From: Azolla caroliniana
Lineage: Eukaryota > Plantae > Polypodiophyta
NCBI GenBank assembly: GCA_043228905.1
Contig: JBHGNT010000013.1
Span: 18,724,001 to 18,788,000 of the forward strand
Length of the DNA stretch: 64,000 nucleotides
Reading direction: 5' to 3'
A program made the translations under genes and the position numbers. The number at the start of each line of letters is the position of its first letter. The stretch's first letter is position 1. Under the pieces are notes generated by a model that was given only the letters and a program-made list of their open reading frames with translations, searched no databases and had not been told where the DNA came from. Positions 13,537 to 27,826 of this stretch are shown here, piece by piece.

Positions 13537-16168
13537 CTCATCGATTTATCTTATCTGCTTGCAAATCAAATAAAGTTGGAGAGTATACTTAGCTATCTAT
13601 CTTCTCTGGCATAGCAATTCAAGGAGGTCCCTACTGAAGATCTTATAATGTGGGGATTGTTGATCGCCATGATTGCTGCAAGTATGTGTAATTGGATCCG
13701 TTTTTGTTTGTGATTCTACACACGTTTATTATTATTTTGATTTTCTTTATTTTTTGTTATTGGCTGCTATTTTTCCAGCAATGTGGCTCATGATAGCAAC
13801 CTATTTTGAGATTCCAGTGACGTCATCGGTGTCAATCCAAGGGGCAATCATTGGTATAGTATTGACAACGCGAGGTTGGGACTCAGTGTATTGGAGCAAG
13901 GTGAGGATTTCTTTGAGAGACAAGATCAGCTAGGTAATGATTTGGTATTAGTTTATCCCCTTATAAGATTATGCATCGTTTGAGATCCCATGTTAAACTT
14001 TTGATGCTATTTTTATTTTAAACGATCAAGTATTTGTTTTTTCTGTAGGAAGATCCGGGTTCACTTCTTCATGTAGGAGGTGTAGTAGCAATCCTCATAT
14101 CATGGACTATGGCACCATTGATCTCTCTTGTTGGGGCTATGTGTTTCTTTGGTACCATTAAGTTTATGCTTCTACGGTCTCATTCAGCAGAAACAAGAGC
14201 ATTACAAGCCTTGCCTTTTCTCTATGGTTTAACCACTTTTTTCCTTGTCCTATTCATCATTTACAGGGTATGTATGCCATTTGAAGTTTGCACAAAAATT
14301 TAACTCTTTGATAAATATTTATAATGTAGAGGCTTATATATTGCAGTGTGCACCTGGTACAAACCTATCTTCTATAACATTTGTGAAAGCAGCTATTGTT
14401 TCAAGTGCTTCAGCTGCCATGGCAACCTTACTTGCATCTGTATGGTTCTCGGTCTCGTCCTTTTATCATAAAAGAAATATGAACCCCAAATATTTTCTTT
14501 AGGTATTTGTATGGTATGACTTTGCACTTTAAGGAAATTGAGATCTACGTCATTCTCTGGTTATGCTTTATCAGCTTATAGTGTTGCCATTGGTTCGGAA
14601 ACACTTTAGTGTCTTTGGTTTACGCCCGACCAGTGTTCCATTAGACATCATCACAAATGCTGAAAAGCAAGATGTGGAAGAGGCAAATGAGTTATCGGTG
14701 GACGAGCTTTTGAAACAATTCAATGACTTAAGGGTTCTTCACACTGTGTATGAAGGTGATGAAGAGGAAGTTGGAAGTGAGAGCCCCGAGGCTGTGGTCA
14801 AGTGTAGTCCTGTATGTGGACCTAGTAATATACCATTGAAACAGAATTTAACAACCCCTAGCCACCTGTCCTTTAGAAAGCTTCATCAACGTAAGCATCT
14901 ATCTTTTTGGCAACATGTCACCAACACTTTGGATAAATTTAGAGCTTCCACCTTCGATCATGTGAGTAAAAACCTCATTGAATTAGGTTGATTCTTTGTC
15001 CAGGGCTTTTATTTAATTCAGCTTTGCAAAAAGAACTACCAAAGCTTCATTACATTTGCAGGAAATTGAATATAGCCTGGAAACATGTGCACACCATGCT
15101 CTATCTGAAAAATTTGACACAAAAATCGAACACCTATTCAGCTTCTTGCTGATCCTATCAGCTTCTGTCACTACGTAAGTATATGCATGTTATGCAAAGT
15201 ATGGGACATTTATTATTTTTAATTTTTTCAATGAGTAAAGGATTCCTTGCAACTTGCTTGTTACAAATTTATATATGGCATTTTGCATTTATCTCAAAAA
15301 ATTATCTTAATATCAACTTTTGCATTTATCTTCTCAAAGGTTTTATGTTTATGTGGCATTATTGACCGGCATGCCAAGATTATATGCATATAATGTCGTA
15401 TGAGATTTCTGATTTCCCAATATGATATGAATGTGCAATATTTTGAATAACAGGCTTGCCCATGGTTCAAATGATGTAGCATTTATAATGGGGCCATATG
15501 CAGGCGTGTTGAACATTTTTGAAAGACATGCATCAAAGCCATCGTCAAATAATGATGCCTTTTTCCCATGGAGCCTTGATGTAATAGAGACTTTATTGCA
15601 TTTCTTGGCTTGGGGAGTCACCATATATGATGATAATTTGTTTGTTGACATTGGTTTTAGGTATGGGTACGTATGTTGGGTGGAATCGGTGTTTGTGTGG
15701 GTTATGGACTGTGGGGATGGAAGGTCGTAAAATGTTTGGGAGGTCGACTTGCTTATCTTACTCCATCAAGAGCATTTAGTGTACAGTTCTGTACTTTGGT
15801 AACAGTCCTTTTCGCCATGTTGCTAAGGCTCCCCATATCCACCACACACATACTCATTGGAGCCATTCTCGGTGTTTCCATTGTTGATAATATCAAGGTA
15901 ATGCTTATCTTCTATGTGCAAGGAATTGCAGTTCTTGCTAATGTATTATTCTGTTATTTTATTTTTATTTCCAGGCAGTTATTCATACCTAGGAAGTGCA
16001 ATTGTTGTATTTTCTAACCATTTTTTGTGTAAAATTGGTCAGAATGCTAATTGGTGGCTGATGATGACATTCATATTAATGTGGGTAATGACATTCATCG
16101 TAACATGTGGGGTAACATCTGCCTTGTATGCATTTACCATTTTTTCCCCATCTGTATCAGTTGTGTAG
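12676..16168 (+). CDS. PiT/PHO4 (SLC20-type) inorganic phosphate transporter, non-plastid type, 11 exons
   Basis: Exons 12676-12840, 13346-13468, 13615-13681, 13779-13900, 14049-14267, 14347-14439, 14575-14961, 15062-15174, 15454-15580, 15661-15897, 16043-16168. PiT signatures GANDL and HGSNDVA, plus LPISTTH, many TM helices and a large central loop. Confidence 0.9.
13086..13212. repeat. ~64-bp tandem duplication in transporter intron 1
   Basis: gtcaacaaacagcYttgattttttaatattt...aagaggcaacaaaaca occurs twice. Confidence 0.85.
13489..13536. repeat. (CTAT)n microsatellite
   Basis: Visible tetranucleotide run in intron 2. Confidence 0.95.
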
Positions 16169-17329
16169 TGAGATCAATGGGTTCAGTTTTTGGAGTAGAG
16201 AACATGAGAAGGTCCTCATCATGTAAACGTTTATGTACAAGAATGGAGGATTTCATGTACAGTGAGCGGAGTTTGCCATAAAAGTTTTGCCAAACTCAAA
16301 CTAAACCAATGTTACCTTCTTATTGTATATAAATTATATATAAGCATCATCTGGTGAAGGGTTTTGGATTATTATCTTGGATGAGAGAGTTTTAGATGGT
16401 TCCTTGTCTAAGAATATGGTAATACAAGCAACTTGGAATCTATCTGCCCAAAGTATCAACATTAAAATCACATCTGTTCCACATTATTGAGTTGCATTAT
16501 TATCAAGTACGCGAGTCTCTGAAAATTGTATAATCTAGCAGATTACCAAAGTTAAATGTCTGAGGACCTGAGGTCTATGGTTAGTGACCTTGGAAAAACA
16601 ACAAAGAAATCAGATTTTAACTGGAAATCCAAGAATCCCAAGGTTAATGGTGTTGAATTGGAGATATGCTTCTTTGCTAAGGGATTGGATTCTCTGAAAT
16701 TTAAGTAACATACTGTATATTTTCTGATGTTCACACTGTCGCAGATTTTCATTGTTGGAAAAGTGTGCATGGGCTACAAAATACCAACATGTTGGAAATA
16801 TAAACCCAAAATATGTCGTATGCATAGAAATCAGCTCATAGAATAAAGAGGGTAGAAATTTTCATGAGTTTTTGAAGCAAGCCAAAACAAACAGCTGATT
16901 GATACACTTCACGCAACAGTGTCTACAAGTGTAGTAGAGTAATCGAAAGATCTGTTTTGACATTGAATTCTTCACTCTTTTCTTCCATCCTCATTATATA
17001 AACCTATGCACTGCAGAGTAGTCAGTGCTGACATGTGACGCCCTGACAGTTTTAGACCCACCCTGAGAAAATATTGATATCACAATTCATTTGTTATCCA
17101 CGGTGTATCAGGTTACCCAAAAGTACTTCATTGACAAGTGTTTGTACATGTTTTATTCTTCATGCATTGGATTTCCATGAAGAAAGGGCAACAATTCAAG
17201 CATCCTGAGGATAGTTATGATTGTCACCATTAACACATGCTTGTCATCATCACAATCTCTAAAAACAACCCATGACATATAGATCCTACCATCCTAAAAA
17301 CATATATGATTGATAATGTCTGCTTTCAC

Positions 17330-17441
17330 ACCTTACTGGGTCAGAAAATGCTATTTTGTTACTGATTGTAGTATTATTTCCCTTGTTCAATCATACTAAA
17401 CAATGTCAGTGATAAAATAGCATTTTCTGACCCGGTAGGGT
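17330..17441. repeat. ~110-bp fold-back hairpin (small MITE or pre-miRNA-like)
   Basis: ccttactgggtcagaaaatgctattttgttactga pairs with tcagtgataaaatagcattttctgacccggtaggg. Confidence 0.8.
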
Positions 17442-17953
17442 ATGCAATCTGAACAATGCCAGTGACAGAATACCAATTTGCAGATACAAATGGCACAAAG
17501 AGATCTCACTGTCACTATGTGAATGGTTCCACTACGGAAAATGTTTTATCTGAAGAAAGCGCTGGTGACACAATCAATGTCTTTGATGCAAAACCAATCT
17601 CTCGTATTACTATGATTCATACATGAAAAGTCAACAAATTGTCGTGTTACCATATTAATAAGGTTTAACTTAATTGATAGATCAAAGGAACACTTCTAAG
17701 AGCATTGTTCACTAATTTCATGTAGCTTCTTTCCCTATTCTGTTCTGCAATTTCCTTCACTTTTTTGGTCGAAAGTTGTTTTTACTTTTGAGCTTGTTCA
17801 ACTATCGGTTTCACATTCTGTTGTTGCACATTCTTTTGTTGCACTTCATCAGCCTTCCTCGCCCAATACTCTTCGAGAGGTGGCCCAAATATGTAATTCC
17901 CTGAGATCACTCCTATTCTACATTTTGAAATCCAGAGATCATTATTATAAAAA

Positions 17954-17996
<43 letters not shown>

Positions 17997-18671
17997 AAGA
18001 AGAAGATATACACATTCAAATGTACATACATACACAGCATACACATACATGTATGCATAAACAACCAAATGTAATTATACATAAGTATATGCACATAAAA
18101 AAACCACCACATCTCTCCCCATCTTTACATATACATAGATGGAAGCCCTCTTTTCCCAGAGTATGCCAAGATTTTTGTAATGTCCTGATTTGACAAAGAA
18201 CTTGACCACACCAGGGGAGCACTTAGGTAATAAAGAAATCCTCAGGGGCATTTGGGATGCATTTACTCACATACACACACACACAAATATATATATATAT
18301 GTAAGAAACAGAGAGAGGGATATTACGCCATAACGCCCAGGACTAGCGGGATGGGGAGGCGGCGGCCATACATGTTGATCTGTTTCTTCGTCTTCCTTCC
18401 TCTGTTTCTCTGTCTCCCTTCTCTCCTCTACTCTACTTCTTCCTTCGGTAATTCTAACTCCAGTTTATCATATTTCCTAAAAATACCCTCACATAGTGTT
18501 AGCTAATTCAACCTTTTGGGTTTCATAGCATGTTGTCCATGCTAAGTGTGTTTATATAAATTAGAAAGAGCAAAATAGCCACCAATCATGCATATCAATG
18601 TACACAATTGAAAACCACAACAATGATAGAAGATACTTGTCAACGTTAGTTAGTACTACTCATTATTTATA

Positions 18672-18978
18672 GGGAAAAGTACCAGGATACCCCTGGAAGT
18701 TCGTCTATTTACCATAATGCCCTTGGAAGTTTCAAATTTATACCCCTATGTCCAAAAAATTATACTTTATAAAGTAGTTATACACTCAAATCTTCAGTAA
18801 ATAGGGCTAGTTCGGGTCCATTTCTTCCATCTTTGGTAAATAGGGCTTGTAGATTTGAGTGTATAATTACTTTATAAAGTGTAATTTTTTGGACATAGGG
18901 GTAGTTTGGTAAATTTGGAACTTCCAGGGGCATTCTGGTAAATAGACGAGCTTCCAGGGGTATCCTGGTACTTTTCCC
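18672..18978. mobile_element. Mutator-like MITE with ~120-bp TIRs
   Basis: GGGAAAAGTACCAGGATACCCCTGGAAG... / ...CTTCCAGGGGTATCCTGGTACTTTTCCC; degenerate 9-bp flanks ttatttata / ttacttaat. Confidence 0.8.
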
Positions 18979-19439
18979 TTACTTAATAAAAAATAGGATG
19001 AGAAGGAGAGATATTATTTTAGCATCTATAGAGAGGCCAATATTGACCCATGGGATGTGAGTTTATAAATTTTCTTGATGTGTGTCTCCTTCCTAAGAAG
19101 AGATATTCATATTTCCACGCTGAAAGTCTCTACATGTGAATAAGGCATACTACAAATGAGCTCAATCTTCTAGGCTGCCACTTAAGTACGATACTCAAAT
19201 GATCACCCCCTCTTAATATGTCATTATAACTTTCACGAATTGCATGAGTCTATGTTGAGCATGTAAAACGCAAGTTATATCCATCCTCTTCAGGGCCTTC
19301 ATTGCACACCGTACTTGAGTTACCATGGCATTACATACCATTAGTTTAATTTCTCGTCCATGAGCATCACTTTGGTTGATTTGGTTCTCCAACATATAAT
19401 AACTTTTCCACCTAACTTGATGCATACACTCCATTTATT

Positions 19440-19835
19440 AGTTGTGAGTACTTCAACACCACGATACTAAAAGCTTTACGCAAATTGTATACGTTCTCAT
19501 TTATATGCAAGCATAAGGTTATTGGTGAGGTTGGATGATTTGCATTACCATTGTTTTTGTTTGATCCATGTTCACCATTAGTTCCCTACCTTGGCAAAAT
19601 GCTTCTAACATGTCAAGCTAATGTAGCATACCATCAACATCATATGAAAAGAGAACCACATTATCTACATATAAATGCAATAAAGATAATTTGTTGCATA
19701 AGTTTTGGAGAATCTAATCCTAATTCTTCTCTTGCAAACTCATTCATCGCTTCTTCCAATTTATCAATGCGTGAACCAAAGAGTGTAGGCGATAGTGGAC
19801 ATCCTTGCGTAACCCTCGTGTTACTTAAAAAGTAA
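19440..19835 (-). mobile_element. Decayed LINE reverse transcriptase fragment
   Basis: Minus-strand translation RVTQGCPLSPTLFGSRIDKLEE matches the non-LTR RT motif QGxPLSP. Confidence 0.75.
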
Positions 19836-19914
19836 TGTGAGAATAGTTTTTAGGTGGAGAGAGAGAGAGAGAGAGGTGATGGAAAATGTTACAACCTTAT
19901 TGCCATTCCCAATT

Positions 19915-20250
19915 ACCATTTTGTGCAAATGTATCTACTTGGAGAGTGATTATTAGGGTGCTACCATTAAGTTCAATTAAAGCGATAGAGGATTAGGATG
20001 TGCACATGTTTCTTTTGTACCATTCCATTGGAAGATAGTACACATAACTTTATTCAATGCCCTATTGTTTATATCACTTGGAAGTATTTGTTAGAGATTT
20101 GGCAAGTTTTTACTTGTTATTTGAGGAATATACAAGAGTTCTTACTCGATATGTTCACAATGGTCCAAAATATGAGATGGACATCATATTCCAATTCTTA
20201 TATTATTGGGGTTTACAACATAATTAGAAGATGTGTAATGTCTTGGTAGT
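19915..20250 (+). mobile_element. Decayed L1-type LINE zf-RVT fragment
   Basis: WRVIIRVLPL...CFFC...EDSTHNFIQC...W (CxxC..E..H...C). Confidence 0.65.
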
Positions 20251-23200
20251 TGAATGATTTGGTGTAGATCTCGCTTGACCAAGTGCTCATTTGTGATGAT
20301 ATGCAACCCATGAGCTAATCTTTTGTTCCATGATAGTGTTATATAACTTGGCCATAATTGAGCTAACCATCATAGTTCGATAGTTGATACCACTCAAGAT
20401 GTTTACAAGGAAAAACTTCAACAAGATAAGACCACTTAGTCAATCCCCTGAACACATTTCATGCTCTAGGTGAGGGTTTCTTTTGAAAAGCTTCTTGATT
20501 AGGTAAGTTGGGTAGAATGTTGGATTTCCCAATTGAAGGATAGTGGACATGTCCATTAGAAGGATAGTGGACATGTCTATTAACGCATCAATTGATATAT
20601 GGTAGTTAGTTGAAGGTTGATATATGATTCATTAACTTTGCATGCTACCCATTTTCTTCATTCCATCATTGTAGTTGTCTACATTAGTAGGTTTTTTTTT
20701 GGGGGGGGTAAGTGGATTTTATAGTCTTTGTACAAGATCATGTTCTTGTTCAATTATTGTTGGAACGATATACAATAGTACCTCCAAAAGATTAGTTGGT
20801 TCTAACATGTTTTTTTCTATCACTTGCACAAGAACTAAACATGACATTTTATAAATTAATCTTCTTCACAAACACTCTACACACATGCCAATTAAAACAA
20901 CTACTCATTTATTAAATGTTGAGTTTTTTTTGCATGAGATGTTCAAAGCTAAATAGAGATTAGGGCTTGGATAAAGGAAATTTCATGATCTCATGATTAT
21001 GCATGGTGTGGAGATACTCATTGACGAATAGAGGTTGGGTAGGAAAACTTCATTGCGTGTAATTATACAAAAAACCACTTCACTATGTACATATACGCCG
21101 ATTTGAGCTTATGGCTCGTATATGATCTTATACATGGTAATGTGTAGTATGTGTTGTTCTCCAATGTTAGCCTTTAGGTGCAAAAACTTGATATTGACTC
21201 TTGTGAGAGTCAACCTTGTGTAGTGATTTTGCATGTTGGTGTTATGGCAATGCTAGCTACATCAAGGTAATTATCGAGAATTATGATGCATGAAATGTTA
21301 TCCTAATGGTTTGTAGTTTGTACTTGATGGTACAAGGTTATAGGTTTGAGGCACACAACAACGTTTTCGTAGTTGAATGCATGTAAGTGATCGCGGAGTT
21401 AGTTGTTTCTCATTTTGGGCAACCAAAATATTGTTTATTTTTAATTCTATTAGATGTGCAATATTACATGGTGTATGGTGCTTTTATTATATTGAATAGA
21501 AATTCTTAATTTTATGGATTATATCCTTGTGGTTCAACATTAGTACAACATATTATTGACATATTATCCATCCATGTGTTCGGGGCTTGACATGTGTGTG
21601 ATGTTTTTGAGCCATGTTATTGGTGCCTTGATGATATCAACGTGGTTGGTCCCTTCCACGATTTGTGCGTGTATATTCCAAAAACACTTTTAATCTGAAT
21701 GTCTAGACATACCTTTTCTTAACTTGTTGTTTTCACTTTTCTTTATTCCAATAAAGAAGTTGTCCGGCTCAAACAAAAGGTTAGCTATATGAACATTGAT
21801 TTATTATTGTAATTTCCTTTCACTTTTAAGCTCATTACTAAAACGATAGAATTATGAACATCCTCTAGATTGTTAGCATTTTAGAAGGCATTTACAATAT
21901 ATATCAGTAATGTGAAATGGCTTTTTAATGATTTGTACTTTTAAGTTACTACAAATTCATATGAATCCAAAGAACATTACTTACAAGTTACAACAATAAG
22001 AATCTTTGTGTGTGTAATATGTTTTTTCTTTTTGGAAACAAGTAATTGTAGCATCATACTTGAACTTCTCATGTGAGGAATCAAGATTGTTAATAGCTTC
22101 GTAACATGTGGAATATTAATGTTGATTATATGAATTTTCTATTGCAAAGTGGTTAGATACTTCTCATTGCTAAAAAAAATTTCTACTTTATAGCATTTTA
22201 AACATCTTCCCTTGAAGAAAAAATGCTTGTTATGCTATTTCCAAATTTTTTTAAATCTTTCTAGTTGTGTCCTTGTGGACATATGTGTGTTTGTGGATGG
22301 GGGGTGTGCGATTAGAGTATGAGAATTTTATGAAAAAAAAGGAAAAACAATATGGCCTTTCAAATACATTTTCACAACCCAAGGATTATAAATCATAACA
22401 TATCCTTAAGATGCATAATTTAGAATCAATAGAAATATATGGACCGAATGATTACTTGTCCTATGTTTGACCCTAATTTCCCACCATTTAGATTTCGGAA
22501 CTCATTTGAAACCCACTCCGCCTTTCGGTATGTCATTTCTCTACTCACAAGTCATATGCATTGTGCAATGTACCCAAGTGTCATGAATGAAAAAAGTTTA
22601 GACTTTGTGATAGTAGATGACATGATTTATTGACACAACAAAAAGAACAACAGTGACAATAATATCATATACGGCCCACGGGCATGGAATAAGTGGTCAT
22701 GAACTTGGGATCATACATTAAAACATACACATGACATGGTTATTGTAAATAAGGTTCAACTTAGTTGAAGCCATTTTTTGACGTGGTTCATTATCGACAT
22801 GGAGATTTCTTTCTTCAACCCATGGATTCAAACTTTCCTATTGTATGAGGCACTTCAACTTGAACGTTCAAGTCCTTTGCTTCGGTTTCAAGAACCATCG
22901 TAGATGGCGAAGAGGAAGATGATCTCCAAGTGGATGGAATGAATCCATTTGCAAGTAGAACTTTAATCTTAGATATAATCTACAAATTTTAGAAGATGAA
23001 GGCTCCTATTTTGAAGCAAAGTGTAGTGATAGATGTGGATACCTAACATATCCAACCTAGAATGTGAGAATGCAAATATCAACGTCAAGTTATCAACATG
23101 GACAAATGTGGACTTTCGATCATGAAGGCACTTACCCTATGTGCACCCAATATCTCGGGCTTGAGGGGGAGTGAAGAGCAACCAAGCTCGTTGAATGGAC

Positions 23201-23949
23201 AACAAGCAATAGATCAGGAGCTTGAGTGTTTTGATAAACAAGGTAAACATGCATAGTGGGCCATGAACATTGGAGGCCCAATACTCGTCATGAACATTGA
23301 AAAGAGAATAATGCAACTAACATGGAATATGCGTTTAATGAGAGAATATTTTGTAGCTCATTCAATCTAATCGTTGCCATTTTAGAGAGAATATCCCCCC
23401 CCCCCCCCCCCCCCCCCTCTCTCTCTCTCTCTCTTTTGTTCTTACTGTTTTACATTAAGTGTTTACGCTCATTACAAAATGCATACAAAAACAATGTAAA
23501 AGTTACTTGACAATAATTCTCCATAAGCAAATCAATGTTGATCGTAAACAAAGCTCTGTGTCAAGCTTGAAAAAACCGAAGCCATTCAAAATATTAATGT
23601 TCATAGAGACAATAGGAGCCAATGACACCATGGCTGTGTGAAGACATACAAATTCAAATACTATAGAGACATAACAACACCCAAAGATTTGTGTGGAAAT
23701 ACAACGTCAAACCCCGTAGATGGGATGCATGTGTCCTCACTTTTTGGCTATCCGTAAGTGACCTTGTGCAGGGTACAATTTCTCGAGAAAAGCCCTATAG
23801 GAGTGAATGTCCATGGGCATGTTTCATGGCGGACGACATGCAGGGTTCAACAAAGAAAATGCAAAGGCACAAGTGATGTCTTGTGAACTTGAGCAAGAAA
23901 GAGACAAGGAGAAGGAAAAAAGAGAGGGGCAAGGGGACGAGGCGAGGTG

Positions 23950-24165
23950 CCGGACACTTGCTCTACTGATTCAATCTTGGGCCGAAACCCACATGTTGGG
24001 AGTGAGGTGTCGAGCGAGCACTTGCTCTGTTTGGTGTGGCCCTAATCTCGTTTTGTAAAAGACCACACTTGGCCGACTCCAGATCCCCAAGTGATAAGTG
24101 TCGAGAGCGAGCTGCCCATCACTTGCTCTAGTGATTCAATTCTAGGCCGAAGCCCACATGTGGCC
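23950..24165. repeat. Short direct repeats upstream of maspardin
   Basis: cacttgctcta(c/g)tgattcaat...ggccgaa.cccacatgt occurs twice, with a partial third copy. Confidence 0.7.
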
Positions 24166-24597
24166 GGATCCAGAGCCCGATTGCAGGTAGAAGCCAGAGA
24201 TGATGCGTGCGGATGCCAATTGTCGGGGGGTTAAGTTAGACAAGAAGGTATACATATATACATACATATGTTAATGTACATATTATGTATGTATTGTAAA
24301 TTTGTATATAGAGTTCAGTACTCCCAACTTTGTCCATTGTTTTTAACTACCTATTACCTCTACAGACATCTACAGCTACAGATAGCTATAGCACCAGAAG
24401 CAGCAGCTATTTCCCCCCCCTCCCTAAAGATGGCGATGGCGATGATCCTCTTCTGATGCTCTGGAACAGGGTGGCATCGATCGCTGTACACGAGCGGAAG
24501 ATAGAGAAAAACGAAACGAAGCTAAAAGAAAAGAAAAGAAAAGATTGTAAACTGCTGCAGACAACAAACCGATTGACCCCTCCGCTCCCATCTGCCC

Positions 24598-27500
24598 ATG
24601 GCAACAATGAGCCCGGGAGATTACGCACATTTTAAAGCTACCATACCTCTTAATCGCGTCTCAGTAATATCTCCCTCCCTCCCTCCCCCCCCCCCCCCTC
24701 TCTCTCTCTCCATCCATGTCTGTGATTTCTGGAAAGAATCTCTAACCCTAAATCCTAGCATTGACCCCTGACATCTAACCCTAACATTTTCATATATACG
24801 GCCTTCTTTTGTTTTATACGCAGATTGGTTCTAAAAATTGGCGTTATTACGATGCTGGCCCGAAATCTGCCTCGCCCATTCTTTGCTTACCCGGCATAGC
24901 AGGGACTGCTGATGTCTTCTACAAACAGATTCTTTCCTTGTCATCTAAGGTATGATTGCAACTTCTTTTAACTTGCTTCTCGAGTGTTTTTTTATTATTC
25001 GTCCAATTGATGGACAAAATCACATCAAGATAGTGGGTTGAAACATTTGTTTTTTCACTAAAGAATTGGCATATATATTGTTCAAGTATTGTCGATGATA
25101 TCTTCTGCCAAGGCTGATCCTTGATCTATAAGACAATTGGTGAATTATTGGATCTTTTGCCCTTAGCTATGTAAGAAAATTAGTGGGTTCTGGTGACACA
25201 TGAATGCTATGAGAACATCACAATTTGTGAAGAACATGACAACAATCTGTCATGTTGCCGATTTCACGGACATTACAACATTTCATCTGGTATTCCATTT
25301 TGTGGTTCCTATAAAGCTATGAGACAATTCTTGCACTTGTCAGCTAGTTTATCATTACCATTTCCTACCTCATCCTTACCTTTCCAGACATAAAAATTAA
25401 TTGGTTAAATCAGGGAATTTGATGAATTTAAGCAAGATTGAGAAACCCTCTTGTCATTGGGTGGTAATTGGATTGTTATGATCATGGAAACTATCATTTA
25501 TTCTTTTCTTTTCCTTTCTATATACAGGGTTACCGTGTGATTGCAGCGGATGCGCCACCGATTGGAACTCACCAAGAATGGATAAACTCATTTGAAAAGT
25601 TTTTAGATATTCTTGGTGTACATCATGTAAGTAGGCTTTATTGTGTACATCATGTAACCACACATTATCATCCACACTTCATTTCACAGTCGTATTTTGT
25701 TTCACTTGACATTTGGCCCATTAAATATGCATTTTGATGAATCACTTGCAATCTTGAACCTCAACAACAACTGCGTCCTTTCCATCTTCCAAAGTGAAAT
25801 ATACTTAATGTTATCACAAGTTTTTTACAATAAAAGGATTGTAGTAACTCGCAGAATACTTTAGTGTGCAGTAGGCAAGGTGAAAGCTTTTAAAACAATC
25901 TCACTTCATTTCATTAAAGAAAGCCTTTCAAGAACAAAAAATATATTTATGGCATTGAAAGAGCATTAGAGGGATAGGGATAAGGAAGGGAGAAAGAGAA
26001 CACAAGAAAGAATGATATATTGACGTCTATTAAGAGGTCAAATTGGCCTATGAGACTGAATTAGGTATTATGTCTTTAATTTTAACTGATCTTGGAGAGC
26101 AACCAATCAAAATAAAAATAACTAGAGTGACTATTATTCTTGTTGTAGATACACATATATGGGACTTCTCTTGGTGGATTTCTAGCACAATTATTTGCAC
26201 ATTATCGTCCAAGAAGGGTGAAGTCTTTGGTGCTTTCTAACACTTTTTTGGATACAAGGGCATTTTCTGCTACTACTTGGACATCATTGTGAGTATGAAG
26301 CCTCTAAAACTTGAGCTTTTGAAAGTGTTTTCAGACTAAATTTGTAACCTTTTGGTGTCTTAATATCAGGATCAATTGGATTCCCGAATTCATGTTAAAA
26401 CGCTATATCCTGTCAGGAATTTGTGATGGACCACAGGAGCCCCTTATAGCTGATTCCATTGACTTCATTGTAAATCAGGTATCCTTTAGCTTAAATATTA
26501 TCCTTTGACTATAAAATGGAGTGATGTTATGCAGTATCTTCGTCTTTCTCTACGTTTGGATGGATCCTGTTAAATGGCGTATTGTCTATGGGGGCATTAT
26601 GTGCATAGGAAGGCTTGCCCTACGTAAACTTTTAGAGAATGAAGAAATGCCTTAAAAGCTGCTAATAAATGTTATGCTATGTGTAATTTTGTTTTTCAAT
26701 GATCATATTGTTTACTTCAGTCTATTCTTCCAGCTTGAGATTCTGTCAAGAGAAGATCTTGCATCACGTTTGACATTGCAAACTGCTGCTGCTGTGGTTG
26801 GGAAAGTGCGGATACCAGACTCTGCTATCACTATCATGGATGTATGTGGAAGAAATTTCAAGCTTGCAATTAGGTTTTTATACTGAAAAACGTTTGGCTT
26901 CAAAATTCAAAATAAATACATCTGAATGCTTTGCTGGCTTGCTTGTATGTAGTGAGTTAGAAGGCTGCTTGCATGCATGCATTACTTGCCTTTCTGCTTT
27001 CTTGGAATCTTGTGGGTTTGAAGGATGGAGGAGATAGGAGGCAAGAATGGTGTATGAATCTTCCAATGTGGAACACACATCATATAATGAAAAATGAACA
27101 ATTGTATTGCTTTCTTGAAAGCTACGATTGAGATCCAAAAGAGTTAGAACAATTGACATTGGTAACATGATGAGTGATGGACTAACTACATTTTAAAGAT
27201 AAGATATTGGTCTCTAACTGAACCTCCATCTTATCTAATGAAGTTCTTGTATGCTATGCTATGTATTTATTAGGTATGCCTTCAGTGTATAGTTGGACCA
27301 GAACATGTTTTTTCAGAGTACAGGAGTTAGCTTTATCACTTAATCAATATGCGTCCATGTAACAACCATGTTAATGATCAGAAAACTAATTCACTTGCTG
27401 TATAGACATATGATTACTGTGCAATACCGCGAGCATTACGTGATGAGGTAGGCGCACGCTATCTTGATGCACACAAAGCATTGTTAAAGACGGGTGGAGA

Positions 27501-27826
27501 CTTCCCGTTCTTATCACGAGCAGATGAAGTTAACATGCACTTGCAAGTATGTACTAAATCTGGAGGAATTTCTTCCATATTAAGCTATGGTTTCATTTTT
27601 TGTATGGTTGGTTTGATAATGTACTAAGTTAGGGTTTCAATTTTTATTTATATAGATACATTTAAGGCGTGTTGGTGTAGAAGCTATACCACGTCCAACT
27701 TCAAAGCTTATGCCGAGTATAAGTGACTCAGCAAGAAATGTTCGAAAGGTTTCAGACCAACAACAACCAACAGAAGTATTACTGCCAGATGAAATTCCGC
27801 TAAGTTCCGATGGCTATGCATCATAA
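24598..27826 (+). CDS. SPG21: Maspardin (SPG21/ACP33)-like alpha/beta hydrolase, 8 exons
   Basis: Exons 24598-24663, 24824-24949, 25528-25626, 26149-26288, 26370-26478, 26734-26841, 27406-27546, 27656-27826. Motifs [63 protein letters not shown]. Confidence 0.93.
24741..24785 (+). promoter_or_regulatory. Telo-box-like AACCCTA motifs in maspardin intron 1
   Basis: ctaaccctaaatccta...ctaaccctaac. Confidence 0.4.
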
